Assembly (NCBI RefSeq): GCF_001194135.2
Contig: NC_068986.1
Span: forward strand, 23,825,346-23,850,018
Origin: Octopus bimaculoides
Lineage: Eukaryota
Reading direction: 5' to 3'
DNA: 24,673 nucleotides
The notes under the pieces were generated by a model. It was not told the origin of the DNA. It saw nothing but the letters and a program-made list of their open reading frames with translations, and ran no database searches. The translations under genes and the position numbers were made by a program. Shown in pieces: positions 10,111 through 20,570 of this stretch (its first letter is position 1; the number at the start of each line of letters is the position of its first letter).

Positions 10111-11592
10111 CTAAATGTGTTGGTTTCTTTCATTCAGTCTTTTGCAGAGGTCTTGCAGTGTTTTGCAGCAAATTTCTCCTACACGACCATTAGTGCAACA
10201 CATTAATGTAACGCGTTTCTCTTGATACCCGTGCAATTTTTCGTTGGTAGCTCACATAATAATTGCTTTAATTCGTTTCCATCAAACTCAATCTTTTCTT
10301 CTTCAGGTTTGTCATTTATTTCGAAACCATATTCGAACTTTTTGACTCGATACCTACTCGTCATTACATCTTTTGATTTGTGTTGCAGCGTCAGGAAAAC
10401 TCGTATGTCCACAGAAACACGCCTGACTACAGGTTGTCTGCGTATAATTCGCTTCCAGGTGGCCATCAGCAATTAGTCAGAGTTAAAAAGATTTCGTTAC
10501 TCTAATCATCGCATATTTCCTACCAAAAATCTGTACGAATATTTGATGTGTAATTGTGTGACACGTTCTCCGAGCTTGTATTTTCGCTCGTTCTCAATTG
10601 TAAAAGCATTAAGTACAATTCAGTTTTCCTTTTACTAGTTCAAGGAGCACGACTGTGGCATTCGCAATGCATTGGTAGGTTAGTTTCTTTTTCCCAAATC
10701 CAAACTGTTAAACAGCTTCAATTTGAAAAACACCTTATTTTCTCACAGACTTTTAGCAGGCAGTATATTTTCGCCTAACTTTTGCATTCCTAAGGTTAGT
10801 GCGAAGTTAAATGTGTAGAAGTCAAAACTGGCTCTCCATTCAAATTGCTATCATTAATATAATTTAGCAAAGCTTGTATGTGCGCGTGATTGTGTGTGTG
10901 TAGCAGGCTGGTTTTTTTTTTAGCTAAATAACAGCAAGAATTTTTCATACAGATGTTGGTGTTAATGCTAATGCAAATTAATTTCCCATTTAGTGCAACA
11001 AATTTCATCCAAAATCAAACGTCAGTGACACCACTGATATCTTTTAGTGCGATATCCTTGTTTCTCTGTCCTGAATAATATGAGATTAGTTGAAGCGAAA
11101 TTATTAGACCTAAAAGAAACAAGTCAATTTGTCTCTTCACTTCATTCCAAGTTTTCTCTCGCCTGTTAGCCTCATTCTCTCGCAAATGTGACAGCTCCAA
11201 GCAGAAAATACCAGTTTTGTAACATAATGCAGACGTGATTGCGTTCATTAAAAATCCAAGATTAAACCATGGACGATAAAAGTCTTCTACCTCAAGTAAG
11301 AATCTAGTGAACCTCTCATATTTCTACGATTTTGTTAATTTACCAAAGCTTGCCGGCATCTCAGTAATTTTCTTACCTTGTTCTTGTAGACATTGCACTT
11401 TATAGCGCTAAAATTGTTCTCATTATAGCCATCATCGATAGCAAGGTAATACTTATTGGCGTGTGTGTCTTGCCAAAATGCTTGCTCAATTTTATATTTG
11501 TTTTTTAAATGGTTTTCTTCGCTGTCATTTTCTTTTATTTTTGCGTTATACCTCGTAACTATTTTGCAGAGCGATTGGAAAAATATATTTGC
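10111..11592 (-). pseudogene. Decayed intronless coding-like tract of unknown family
   Basis: Three chained minus frames: about 85 open codons (11592-11337); about 200 codons with only 2 internal stops (11407-10796); then a frame containing the 89-aa ORF 10203-10472 and continuing to 10111. Composition is protein-like (K/E/L/I/N-rich). No recognised family motif. Confidence 0.5.
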
Positions 11593-11739
11593 TCAATTAA
11601 GTAGATGATGATGATATTATTGATGATGGTGATGATGATTATAACGAAAGCAACGACAGCAACAATAATAAAAAAAGATTCAAGTTTTGACAGAGAGCCA
11701 GTTTTTGATGAGAAGTCGATTCCATCGACTCCAATACTT

Positions 11740-12160
11740 GACTGGTACACATTTTATCGATCTCGAAAGGATGAAAGGCCAAGTCGACATCGGCAAACTA
11801 GCAAAATCCTGTGGAATCTCTCACTTCAAGCAAATAAAAGGCTTGAGTACCACAAACCGCAACTAATAGTGGTGGACAAAGTGGACCACATTTGCTCTAT
11901 TATTGATGTTAACTGTTCATTTGACCCTCAGGTATTTACGAAGGAAGGCTGCAAAATAGAGATATTCAGTCCTCCTAAATATGAAAAACGAGCACGAATG
12001 CGGAAGAGGAAATGGTTAAAGGTAGTTCCAATCATTGTTGGAGCCGTCGGGATAATATCAAAAAATATTGAGAGGAACACAAAGGAAATCGGAATGGAGA
12101 GTCCGGTAGAGCTGATGGAAAAAGTTTGCCTCACTGGTACGACTAGAATCTTCAGACAGT
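11740..12160 (+). mobile_element. R4/Dong-like non-LTR retrotransposon 3' fragment (restriction-like endonuclease)
   Basis: KILWNLSLQANKRLEYHKPQLIVVDK...CSIIDVNCSFD...KEGCKI...VVPIIVGAVGIISKN...MEKVCLTGTTRIFR follows the R4/Dong C-terminal pattern (KILWD...PDIVIVDK...IID..CP.D...VP.IIGA.G...LGT.RILR). The catalytic PD reads PQ. Confidence 0.82.
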
Positions 12161-12169
12161 TGCAGAGAA

Positions 12170-12448
12170 CAAATAGCATGGTACAAGAGGGTGCAAGTAG
12201 CAGCCTACGGTTTCCATTCCCTGACCGGGCTGTTTGTCGTGTTCTTGAGCAAGACACTTCATTTCACGTTGCTCCAGTTCAATCAGCTGTAGAAATGAGT
12301 TGCGACGTCACTGGTGCCAAGTTGTATCGGCGTTTTACTTTCCCTTGGATCGCATTGGTGATGTGGAGAGGGGAGGCTGGCATGCATGGGTAACTGCTGA
12401 TCTTCCATAAACAACCTTACCCGGACTTGCGCCGCGGAGGGTAACTTA
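12170..12448 (+). mobile_element. SINE with a V/Meta-like core block
   Basis: B-box-like ggtttccattccc followed by gtgttcttgagcaagacacttcatttcacgttgctccagt, a block typical of V/Meta-domain SINEs. Boundaries are approximate. Confidence 0.6.
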
Positions 12449-13294
12449 AAATTTGAAATCCCATGGTCATTCGTGACTGAAAGGGGTTTTTACATTTTTT
12501 AGCCATTAGGGAGAGATAGAGAAGATGATTAGTAGTAAAAGTAAGGATAGACCCATAATTAGACTTCACAGTATACACTGCATAATGTCTGGGGAACTAA
12601 ATTGTTAATTACATCTTACTTAATGATTTTCGGTTTCCGTCCAACATTTCGATAAAACAAGTACTATTTAAATTAAGCTTCTGGCTGACACAAACTCAAT
12701 GTTCGGCATATGCAGACCTATCTATCTATCTATCTATCTACACACACATATATATATACATATACATATATACGTATACACACACACACACACACGCACA
12801 CACAAACACACATATGTATATAAGCTTCCTGGCCGTTTCTATGATGAGTGTACATCATACAACTTACGCGGGGGCGTTTATAGATCCATATCCATTAACG
12901 GATATATTTAATACTTCTTTTCGCAGTATTGCATATTGGTTTCTATTTTGCATCTATTATCTTTTTATTGATCTTCGATACATAAGAACTTTAACTTGCT
13001 GATTTTCTTCACTAGAAGTGAGAAATTACATTGCGGAACTGTTATTTTAATGAGTTGTATCTGTTTATGACGCGAAGAAACACATCCGCACTGTCGGACG
13101 CGCTTGAACGAGTTGTTAAGTATCCCATCTGTGAGGGATCGATGCTAGATGTGTCGAAACAATTGTAGTGATTAATAAAAGCTTTCATATCATCCATCTT
13201 CGGTCTCTCATTAACCACATACATAACGGACACTGTGAAAGTGACTGCGCTTTACCAGCTAGCTACCAGATATAAACCATTCGTTTTATTGCCT

Positions 13295-13298
13295 AATA

Positions 13299-13341
<43 letters not shown>
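13295..13341. repeat. (TA)n microsatellite
   Basis: Seen directly. Confidence 0.95.
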
Positions 13342-13343
<2 letters not shown>

Positions 13344-13664
13344 AGCTTATACCAAAAATGATGATGAGAGTAGGGGGATACTAAAATAGATTTAACAAAC
13401 TCAGTTTTTTAAGATTACAACATTACTTTAAGTTATAACTCTTGCGTATGAAAAAATGATAACGTGTAACTCGGAGAAACATCGGTTAATAAAATAAGAT
13501 TTAATTGGATTTTTTATCGTGACTTTTACGTTCTCTAGTTATTACTTTATACATCTATTAGCGACTAATCACGAAAAAGAATTATTTATGCAAATACAAA
13601 AGTATGTTATATTAATATAATATATACGTATATCAGCTTGCTCACGTATATATATAAATAATTA

Positions 13665-13742
13665 GATATATATATACACTCACACACACACGCACGCACA
13701 CGCGCACACACGCACACACACACACAGACACACAGAGACACA

Positions 13743-13777
<35 letters not shown>

Positions 13778-13925
13778 ATACATATATATGTATGTATGTG
13801 CGTGTGTATACACGTAGTTATATTTTTATATGTATACATTCATACACACATACAAACATACACACACATATGTATGCATACTTACATATATACATGAATA
13901 CATATATACATACATATATTCATAT
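13665..13925. repeat. Compound (TA)/(CA)/(TG) simple-repeat tract
   Basis: Seen directly; explains ORFs 13607-13813 and 13642-13839. Confidence 0.9.
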
Positions 13926-14643
13926 CTAATTGTATGAATTAAAATTTGGGAATTTAATTGTCTTGTGATTAATCGCCGTTCTTAGTGTCCTATGAAAAGT
14001 TACTAATTAATTTAGAGCGATATTGTTATTCTTGCAGCTAAATCAGGAAGCCAAACGGAGTTGAATGAATAGGTTAATTAGATGCATTTATTAGTGGATT
14101 ATATTTGGAATCCGATTAAATATACTTCTAACCCTGTCAGACTGTTGTCAGCTGGTTCATTTATTGATCACGTGGTGCAAATTTGCTAGTAAATACTTAG
14201 TCGTTATGAAGTGTTTTGTTTGCACATACAAAAAGTGAGTAACAGCGTGATACGAATTTATTTTATTTATTTTAATTGAAAATCGTAATTGATTAGGAGC
14301 TACTGGATTGCCGTACCCTCCTAGTATTTATCTACAGACAAGAAATTCTTGCTATGAAATTAACCACCTTGCTAAAACTAAAAAGTTTCAATTCATTTTA
14401 TAATCTGTGCATTACAATTAATGAGTTTCGTTAGTATTTAATACAACGTTGTTATCCAATAATGTAAACACTAACGCTTTCTTATGTTAAAACATTTGTA
14501 ATAAACGAACTGTTTGTAAAACCTTAATCGATTGATCCTAGCCGGTTTTAGTAAGACAACACTCCATAGATGTGGTTCTATGTAACCGAAACACACGTCC
14601 TTTGCCTTTCAACAGTGAACAGATTTTCATATAAGCATTTATA

Positions 14644-14878
14644 CAGAGTGTTCAAAAGGTCTCTCCGCAGTAAGTATTTAATGGTTTTTCAGGCGATTCT
14701 TGTACACTGATGCTTTACTTGCTATCCAGAAAAAAGGTCTGGCGCTGTTAAATCAGGTGATCTTGGTGGCTAAAGTCCCTTCGAAATAATCTGTTCACCA
14801 AAAACACTCTTGAAGTAACGCCATGTTGATGTGCAGGATGAAAACAATTCACTGTGGAAGGACTTTTTGAACACCCTA
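14644..14878 (-). mobile_element. Tc1/mariner internally deleted derivative (235 bp)
   Basis: TA at 14642-14643 and 14879-14880. TIRs cagagtgttcaaaaggtc vs reverse complement tagggtgttcaaaaagtc. The interior encodes VFGEQIISKGL*PPRSPDLTAPD on the minus strand (the WPPRSPDL catalytic motif region). Confidence 0.85.
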
Positions 14879-16445
14879 TATTAGTTTTGTGTAATTAATC
14901 CTTATTTCCTTGAAGATGTCTTTCTTTTACACTTATTACCGATTTTCTCTAAGTTTTTGCAATGTTTCTCCATTTTACATGGAAATTTTATTTAACTGAG
15001 CATTTCTATACGTTCACTCTTTAAATTTATCTACTTGAATCCATGGCCTACTTGAATTATTCCCCTTGGCACATTTTAGAAATTATTTAAATATATATGT
15101 TTACATCGGTAGAAAGTAAGAAATTATTCCCAGACAAGTTTCTCTGGTAGCTTACAGCTTTATTCGCAACATTGATTTTCTCTACGCTGACGTCGTTTTT
15201 GTTTATAATTAAAAAAAAACAAATTTTCGAGGAATGGTGTAAACGTAAATTAATTTACCTCCTTGCATTACTAAACAGCTAGAAAAATCTATGCAATAGA
15301 TCTGTCTCATATAAAACTGTCTGTTAAATTTCACTAATTTTAATCAGAGACTACTGTCTTGAAGAAAGAATAATACATCGGGCAATGTACCCATTAGATA
15401 TACATAAAATGACAGGAGGGACACAGCAAAAGATATTTGGTTCTTAGACGTACCCTTTTAGTAATGACCTGGTAATATACAGCAATAACTAAAACCTACT
15501 GTCATTTGAAACAAAAGAACCCAAGAGATGGCGTTCTCCTAGATACACTATGGCGAGGAAGAGATGCAGTTGCTGTGGTTATAAGGCCTTTTATCACAGA
15601 TCAAAGACAGTGTTGAGAGAACTCTGAATTCCGCCCGGGGCTAAGGAATATCATCGTTCCCATAATCCTCCTCCTCCTCCACCTGCTCCGCCTTGTCATC
15701 ATCACGACCATTACCAACAATCACAACAACAACAAAAACAAACTAATAGCAACTGGAATCATATATTATTGACTCCAAAGGGATAAAGTCTAAATGTATT
15801 TGTAGAAAGAATTCTCTGAAACGTTCGACCCAATTATACAATAAAAAAGAACAGTAAATGATCTCTCTTGTGGGAAGAATGCAATTTTTTTCTCTCTCTC
15901 TCCCTCCCTCTGTGCAAGAATAATCGGAAGAATTAAAAACCCCGGCTATCATTATACAACTACAAAATATTTAAAAGCAAATTGAAGGCAGTGGCTGTCC
16001 TTTATAACCATATTTTTCTCTTACAAATTTGTTTTAGTACCGATCCTCATTTTCACATTAATGTGGTTGCAGATGAAGAATAGAATGTAATAGAATGTAA
16101 TTCGTTCTGTTGGGTTACAACAAATAAATGAAAAACCAAGAGAAATATGACATTAGCATACATTTTTTATACCTATTTATTGGCTGTATTAACCAATAAC
16201 TCTACTGTGTGAAATATTGCTTTCATACGTGCAGTCAACAACAATCGTAATTTAGACACTCGAGAGCCGTTTGCTCTCTTCTACATAAACTAACTCATTG
16301 AAGTTAGGCGCTGTAAATGCATCACAAATTGTTTTGCGTCTTGTCGTTATTTCATTTTCTGTTTCGTAAAAATCATTTTCCCATTATATTCAATAGGTGC
16401 CATATAAAGACGTACATACTTATGAGTATACGTATGTGTGAGTGT

Positions 16446-16448
<3 letters not shown>

Positions 16449-16519
<71 letters not shown>

Positions 16520-16685
16520 GTACAATTATATGTATATATATATATATAAATGTAAGTTTGTATATATAACATTCCTGTGAAAATCAAGCAATATTAAAAA
16601 TATGCCAGATGTTTCAGCTATGTAGACCAAAACACAAAATAGTTTAACAAAAATATACAAATGGATTTTAAGATGNNNNNNNNNN

Positions 16686-16734
<49 letters not shown>

Positions 16735-16820
16735 CATATACAAATGTACATATATGTATATATGAATATATAAATATATATGAATATATAAAATATATAT
16801 GAATATATAAATTAAATAAT
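16449..16820. repeat. Compound (TA)n/(TG)n tract with an N gap at 16676-16685
   Basis: Seen directly. Confidence 0.9.
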
Positions 16821-16929
16821 AAGTGTAGAAATTGATATTAATCAATTAAAACCAGTGGCTTAGCATATTTTAAAAATCCGAAGATTGAAAAATTGTGTTA
16901 CATACCAAATTAAGAGGAATGACCACTAA

Positions 16930-17156
16930 AGTGGCACCTGAAGAACCTGGACAAAGTAAACGTAGGTGTTTTTAAATCAAACATCGACCTCTTCCTGTCG
17001 AGAGTCCCAGATGAACCTACTTCACGGGACGATATGCAAATGAGGGTAGCTACATCAAACTCCATTCTTCAAGTGTCACATACCGGAGGAGGCTCTCAGT
17101 AATAACGGTGGTGCATAAGCATGGATGCAGCTCTGAGCTGCAGCTAGAGGAAAAAA
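16930..17156 (+). mobile_element. 3' end of a CR1/L2-group LINE
   Basis: LKNLDKVNVGVFKSNIDLFLSRVPDEPT...MRVATSNSILQ* (16938-17102) fits the FK..LD.FL..VPDEP...R.A.SNS C-terminus. A short UTR follows and runs into an A/TA tail. Confidence 0.62.
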
Positions 17157-17208
17157 TATAAATATATATATATATATATAAATAAGGAAATATATATATA
17201 TATACATG

Positions 17209-17251
<43 letters not shown>

Positions 17252-17286
17252 AAATATATATATACATACATGCACANNNNNNNNNN

Positions 17287-17338
<52 letters not shown>

Positions 17339-17360
17339 GTATGTATGTATGTACATATAT
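17157..17360. repeat. Compound (TA)n/(CA)n tract with an N gap at 17277-17286
   Basis: Seen directly. Confidence 0.9.
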
Positions 17361-18381
17361 AACATTTTATATTATCCCCTATGCGTTGAATGTGGAACTT
17401 CAGATGACATGATGAATATGGTTTAACGGGCTTAGATGTTTGTAAAATTATTATAATACACCAATAATCTTTTACATTAACCCTTCATTTTGACATCTAT
17501 TATATTATACGTCTACAGACAGAGAAGATAGTTGAATTTATGGCGATGGTTCTGCATTACTATAAATAGTCTTAAGGTTCTTAATGTCGATATCGATTCA
17601 AATTATGGCATCTACCATTTGAAGCGTCCCTTAGCAGCACTGTATTTCATAGCCGTGTTTCTTAATTATCATTGGCCAAGTGCGAGTGACATGAAATAGG
17701 TTGAAGTTGATGTTCTATTTCCACTTCTATAAACAAGTACGATACTGGATAACTCTTACTAACAACCAGAAGATGTTTTTATTACATTTCATCGTTCGCT
17801 GTATATGACAAGTACATTATATTAACATCGGAAGGTTGCAGGTAACTCAACCTCAGCAGGGTTTATAATGAGAGTGTAGACGTTGGAAAAAATATCACAT
17901 GACATTTTATTCCACGTTTTAATGGACTCTGTCTTCTCTGGTCTCACCATACAAGGTTGGTCATGTATATATAACTTAAATACCCACTTAGTAAGCGCTT
18001 AGATTCGCGTACGATCAATTGTCCTTTCCATAGCTTCTAGAGGACTAAATAATTGTGAAGTAGAATTTTGTAGAAAATAACTGTGGACGTCCGTACGTAA
18101 AACCTGTTATGTTTGGATAGTAGATTTCATTGGTTAACTGGTTTGATACCGCCATTCGGCCACTCTCCGCAGTCATTTTATTCAAGTCGATGTGAGTACT
18201 GAATCAAATTTTTGAATAAAGAACTAAAAGTAAATGTAGAATTTATCGTCCAAATTGTTAAAAAACATGAATATATCAAAATTGTAAAAATTGTTCCTAC
18301 ACAACTAATTAAAGAACTTACAATAAAGATGAAAATATCCGATCAATAGAAACTAGGAAACAAACAACTGGAATACGTTCT

Positions 18382-18610
18382 GCCAATTATTGTAGAATTG
18401 GTCTCCTTTCCTGGAATGTATGAAATGGAATATTGACATAATTTTAATTGAAACAATTATTAATTACATTGTAGGTGTTAATAATTAATACCGAATGTAC
18501 AACAATATGAAGATGTCATATAAGTATAATGATTTATTAATTATCGTATAAATATAATGCTAACATAAATATAATGATGAGATGTCCGACAAGATACACG
18601 TACACATAAC
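18382..18610 (+). repeat. Old local duplication, copy 1 (continues at 19139-19240 beyond the SINE)
   Basis: Shared anchors with 20006-20295: tggaatattg.cat, taattgaa..aattattaattacatt, atgtcatataa.tat, cataaatataat...gatgtcc..caagata, acctgaat.t....ctaccaatc, ctcggtttca.gct. Confidence 0.75.
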
Positions 18611-18670
18611 TATATAGTCAAGTCATGACATCTCCATATTATGCCTATATCTTTTGCCTTTTATATGTAA

Positions 18671-19142
18671 CTTGTTTTAGTCATTAGACTGCGACCATGC
18701 TTGGGAAACTGCTTTGAATTTTTAGTCGAATGTATCAACCCCTAGTATTTAATCTTTAAAGCTTTGTACTTATTCTATCCATTTTTTTAGCTAGGTTACG
18801 GGGACACACAAACAACATTGGTTGTCAAACGATAATAGAGGTACAAACACAGCCACAAAGACACACATGCGTAGATATACATGCACATCTTTATCTATCT
18901 ATCTATCTATCTACTAACAAATCTGTATATGTATGTATGTATCTATCTATATATCTATCTATCTGTCTGTCTATCGATAGATATATATACGACGGATTTC
19001 TTTCTGTTTCCATTTACCAAACCCACTCACGAGGTTTTAGTAGGTCTGAGACTATAGTTGAAGAGACTGGCCCAAGGTGCCACACGGTGGGACTGAACCC
19101 AGAACCTTGTAGTTGGAAAGCAAGCGTCTTGCCACATCACCT
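18671..19142 (-). mobile_element. Full-length octopus-type tRNA-derived SINE with an internal microsatellite
   Basis: The reverse complement contains the head (gtggcaagacgcttgctttccaactacaaggttctgggttcagtcccaccgtgtggcaccttgggcc), middle (gtgagtgggtttggtaaatggaaac), a (GATA)n/(TG)n linker and tail (gatagaataagtac...aagcatggtcgcagtctaatgactaaaacaag). Confidence 0.85.
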
Positions 19143-19341
19143 GAATATCTTTCTACCAATCATTCCAAACATTCTCGGTTTCAAGCTTTCTTTATGGACA
19201 CAAGTTCCGATTGTTAACCCTCTTTTTTAAATAATGACGCTACACAGGACATATGTCCCTAACGTCCATGCCCCATATATGATACACATTCCCGATATTT
19301 TTCAACCACCAGGGAGTAACTTGTGACTTATAGAATAAGTT

Positions 19342-19398
19342 CAGTGGGACTGAACCCAGAACCATGTGGTTGTTAAGCAAGCTACTTACCACACAGCC
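19342..19398 (-). mobile_element. Isolated SINE tRNA head
   Basis: Reverse complement ggctgtgtggtaagtagcttgcttaacaaccacatggttctgggttcagtcccactg, nearly identical to the head at 21631. Confidence 0.85.
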
Positions 19399-19463
19399 AT
19401 ATCAACGCAAGTAATAAATAAGAATAATTTTGTTTTCAACACGTTAATACTAAACAGGATCCA

Positions 19464-19722
19464 CCAATATCCGGTAGGACTACTCAACCCTTTAATCCAA
19501 ACTGCCGACCGGCGAATTCTTCTGAAGTTTTAGAAGTTATTTAGTCATCCAGAAACGCTAGATGTCATATAGATTACGTCATATGTAAACAATCTTTAAG
19601 TTTGTGTGTGAAGCGTTGAAATGTATTGTACAACAAGTAGAATGATAATTTTTTTTCAACAGGTTAATACTGAACAGTCGGCAGTCTGGCTTAAAAGGTA
19701 GAACACCCCAACCGGATATTGG
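19464..19722. mobile_element. MITE-like element with 46-bp imperfect TIRs
   Basis: 19464-19509 vs reverse complement of 19677-19722 match at 37/46 bases. Non-coding interior. No convincing TSD seen. Confidence 0.55.
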
Positions 19723-19800
19723 AGGGGTGTGAGTTGGATCCTCATGGCTGGTTACCGGCAAATTTTTCTGCACTTAAAATGATTTTATCCTCTATATATA

Positions 19801-19902
19801 CTGTTCAGTATTAACGTGTTGAAAAACAATTATCTTTCTTCTTGTTCTACAATACATTTCAACGCTTCGAAGTCAAACTTATGTTTGTTTACATATGGCG
19901 TA
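19801..19902 (-). repeat. Inverted copy of 19575-19677
   Basis: The reverse complement (tacgccatatgtaaacaa...gaagcgttgaaatgtattgta...ttttcaacacgttaatactgaacag) aligns over about 100 bp at roughly 85% identity by eye. Confidence 0.88.
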
Positions 19903-20005
19903 AGTAAAAAAGTGTTGTTCCCACGCAACTCATTGAGGAACTTGAAATAAAGGAAAACTTTTTCACAGTAATAGAGACTAGGACCCAATAAGCAGAATAA
20001 GATAT

Positions 20006-20295
20006 GCCATTTGTCGTATAAATGATTTCCTATTCTGGAATATTGGCATCTGCGTTAATTGAAGTAATTATTAATTACATTAACAATGTCATATAAATAT
20101 GATTTACGAATTGTCACAAATTTAATGATAGCATAAATATAATTATATGATGTCCATCAAGATATACAAACACGTACAATCGCCGTGGCACTTGAATAGT
20201 GTGTCAGGCGTTGAGACACCTGAATTTCTGCCTACCAATCTCGGTTTCAGGCTGTTTTATGAACACGGGACTCTAGTGATTGACTGAATAATGAA
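20006..20295 (+). repeat. Old local duplication, copy 2 (no SINE)
   Basis: Colinear with 18382-18610 plus 19139-19240 and lacks the intervening SINE. Confidence 0.75.
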
Positions 20296-20329
20296 ATATT
20301 AGTGTAACCTCCATTCAAATGTTTCACTG

Positions 20330-20570
20330 GTAATCCAGGTAGATAGTATTCTTGTGGATGCCTATCACGTTCCAGAATAAATGTGCTATTGGTTGCCACA
20401 GAGCTTCTGAGACTTTGGCACGTTCTTCTCTTTGTAATCTTTCTAGGTGCTCATACATCCATCTCATGGGGCAAGCTTCAATGCTCACTTTTGTATTCGA
20501 CACTTGGCATAAACCATGCCAAGTGAAACTTCGAGGTTTCTCAATACCATTATACATGTGGTGCTTGAGG
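20330..20570 (-). mobile_element. Probable Gypsy-type integrase zinc-finger relic
   Basis: HHMYNGIEK...FTWHGL...EALWQPIAHLFWNVIGIH...YLDY resembles H.GH.GIEK...YWPGM...EPL.P...W..IG.D...YL..VDY in the right order. Heavily degenerate. Confidence 0.4.

Noticed and set aside
10150-10215. CCTNGRV resembles the Helitron CC..GKV motif
   Set aside because: It lies at the end of the decayed ORF, with no Rep or helicase motifs downstream and no Helitron terminal hairpin.
10900-11010. FVALNGKL...MKNSCCYL loosely resembles a phlebovirus L-protein segment as I recall it
   Set aside because: Too few identities and no RdRp motifs A-E in the tract. Kept only as a hypothesis to test under the 10111-11592 finding.
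12840-13000. Possible C/D snoRNA (ATGATGA box at 12840)
   Set aside because: No CTGA D box at a suitable distance and no terminal stem.
15520-15660. GC-richer patch that could be a LINE or SINE 3' remnant
   Set aside because: No motif I can assign with confidence.
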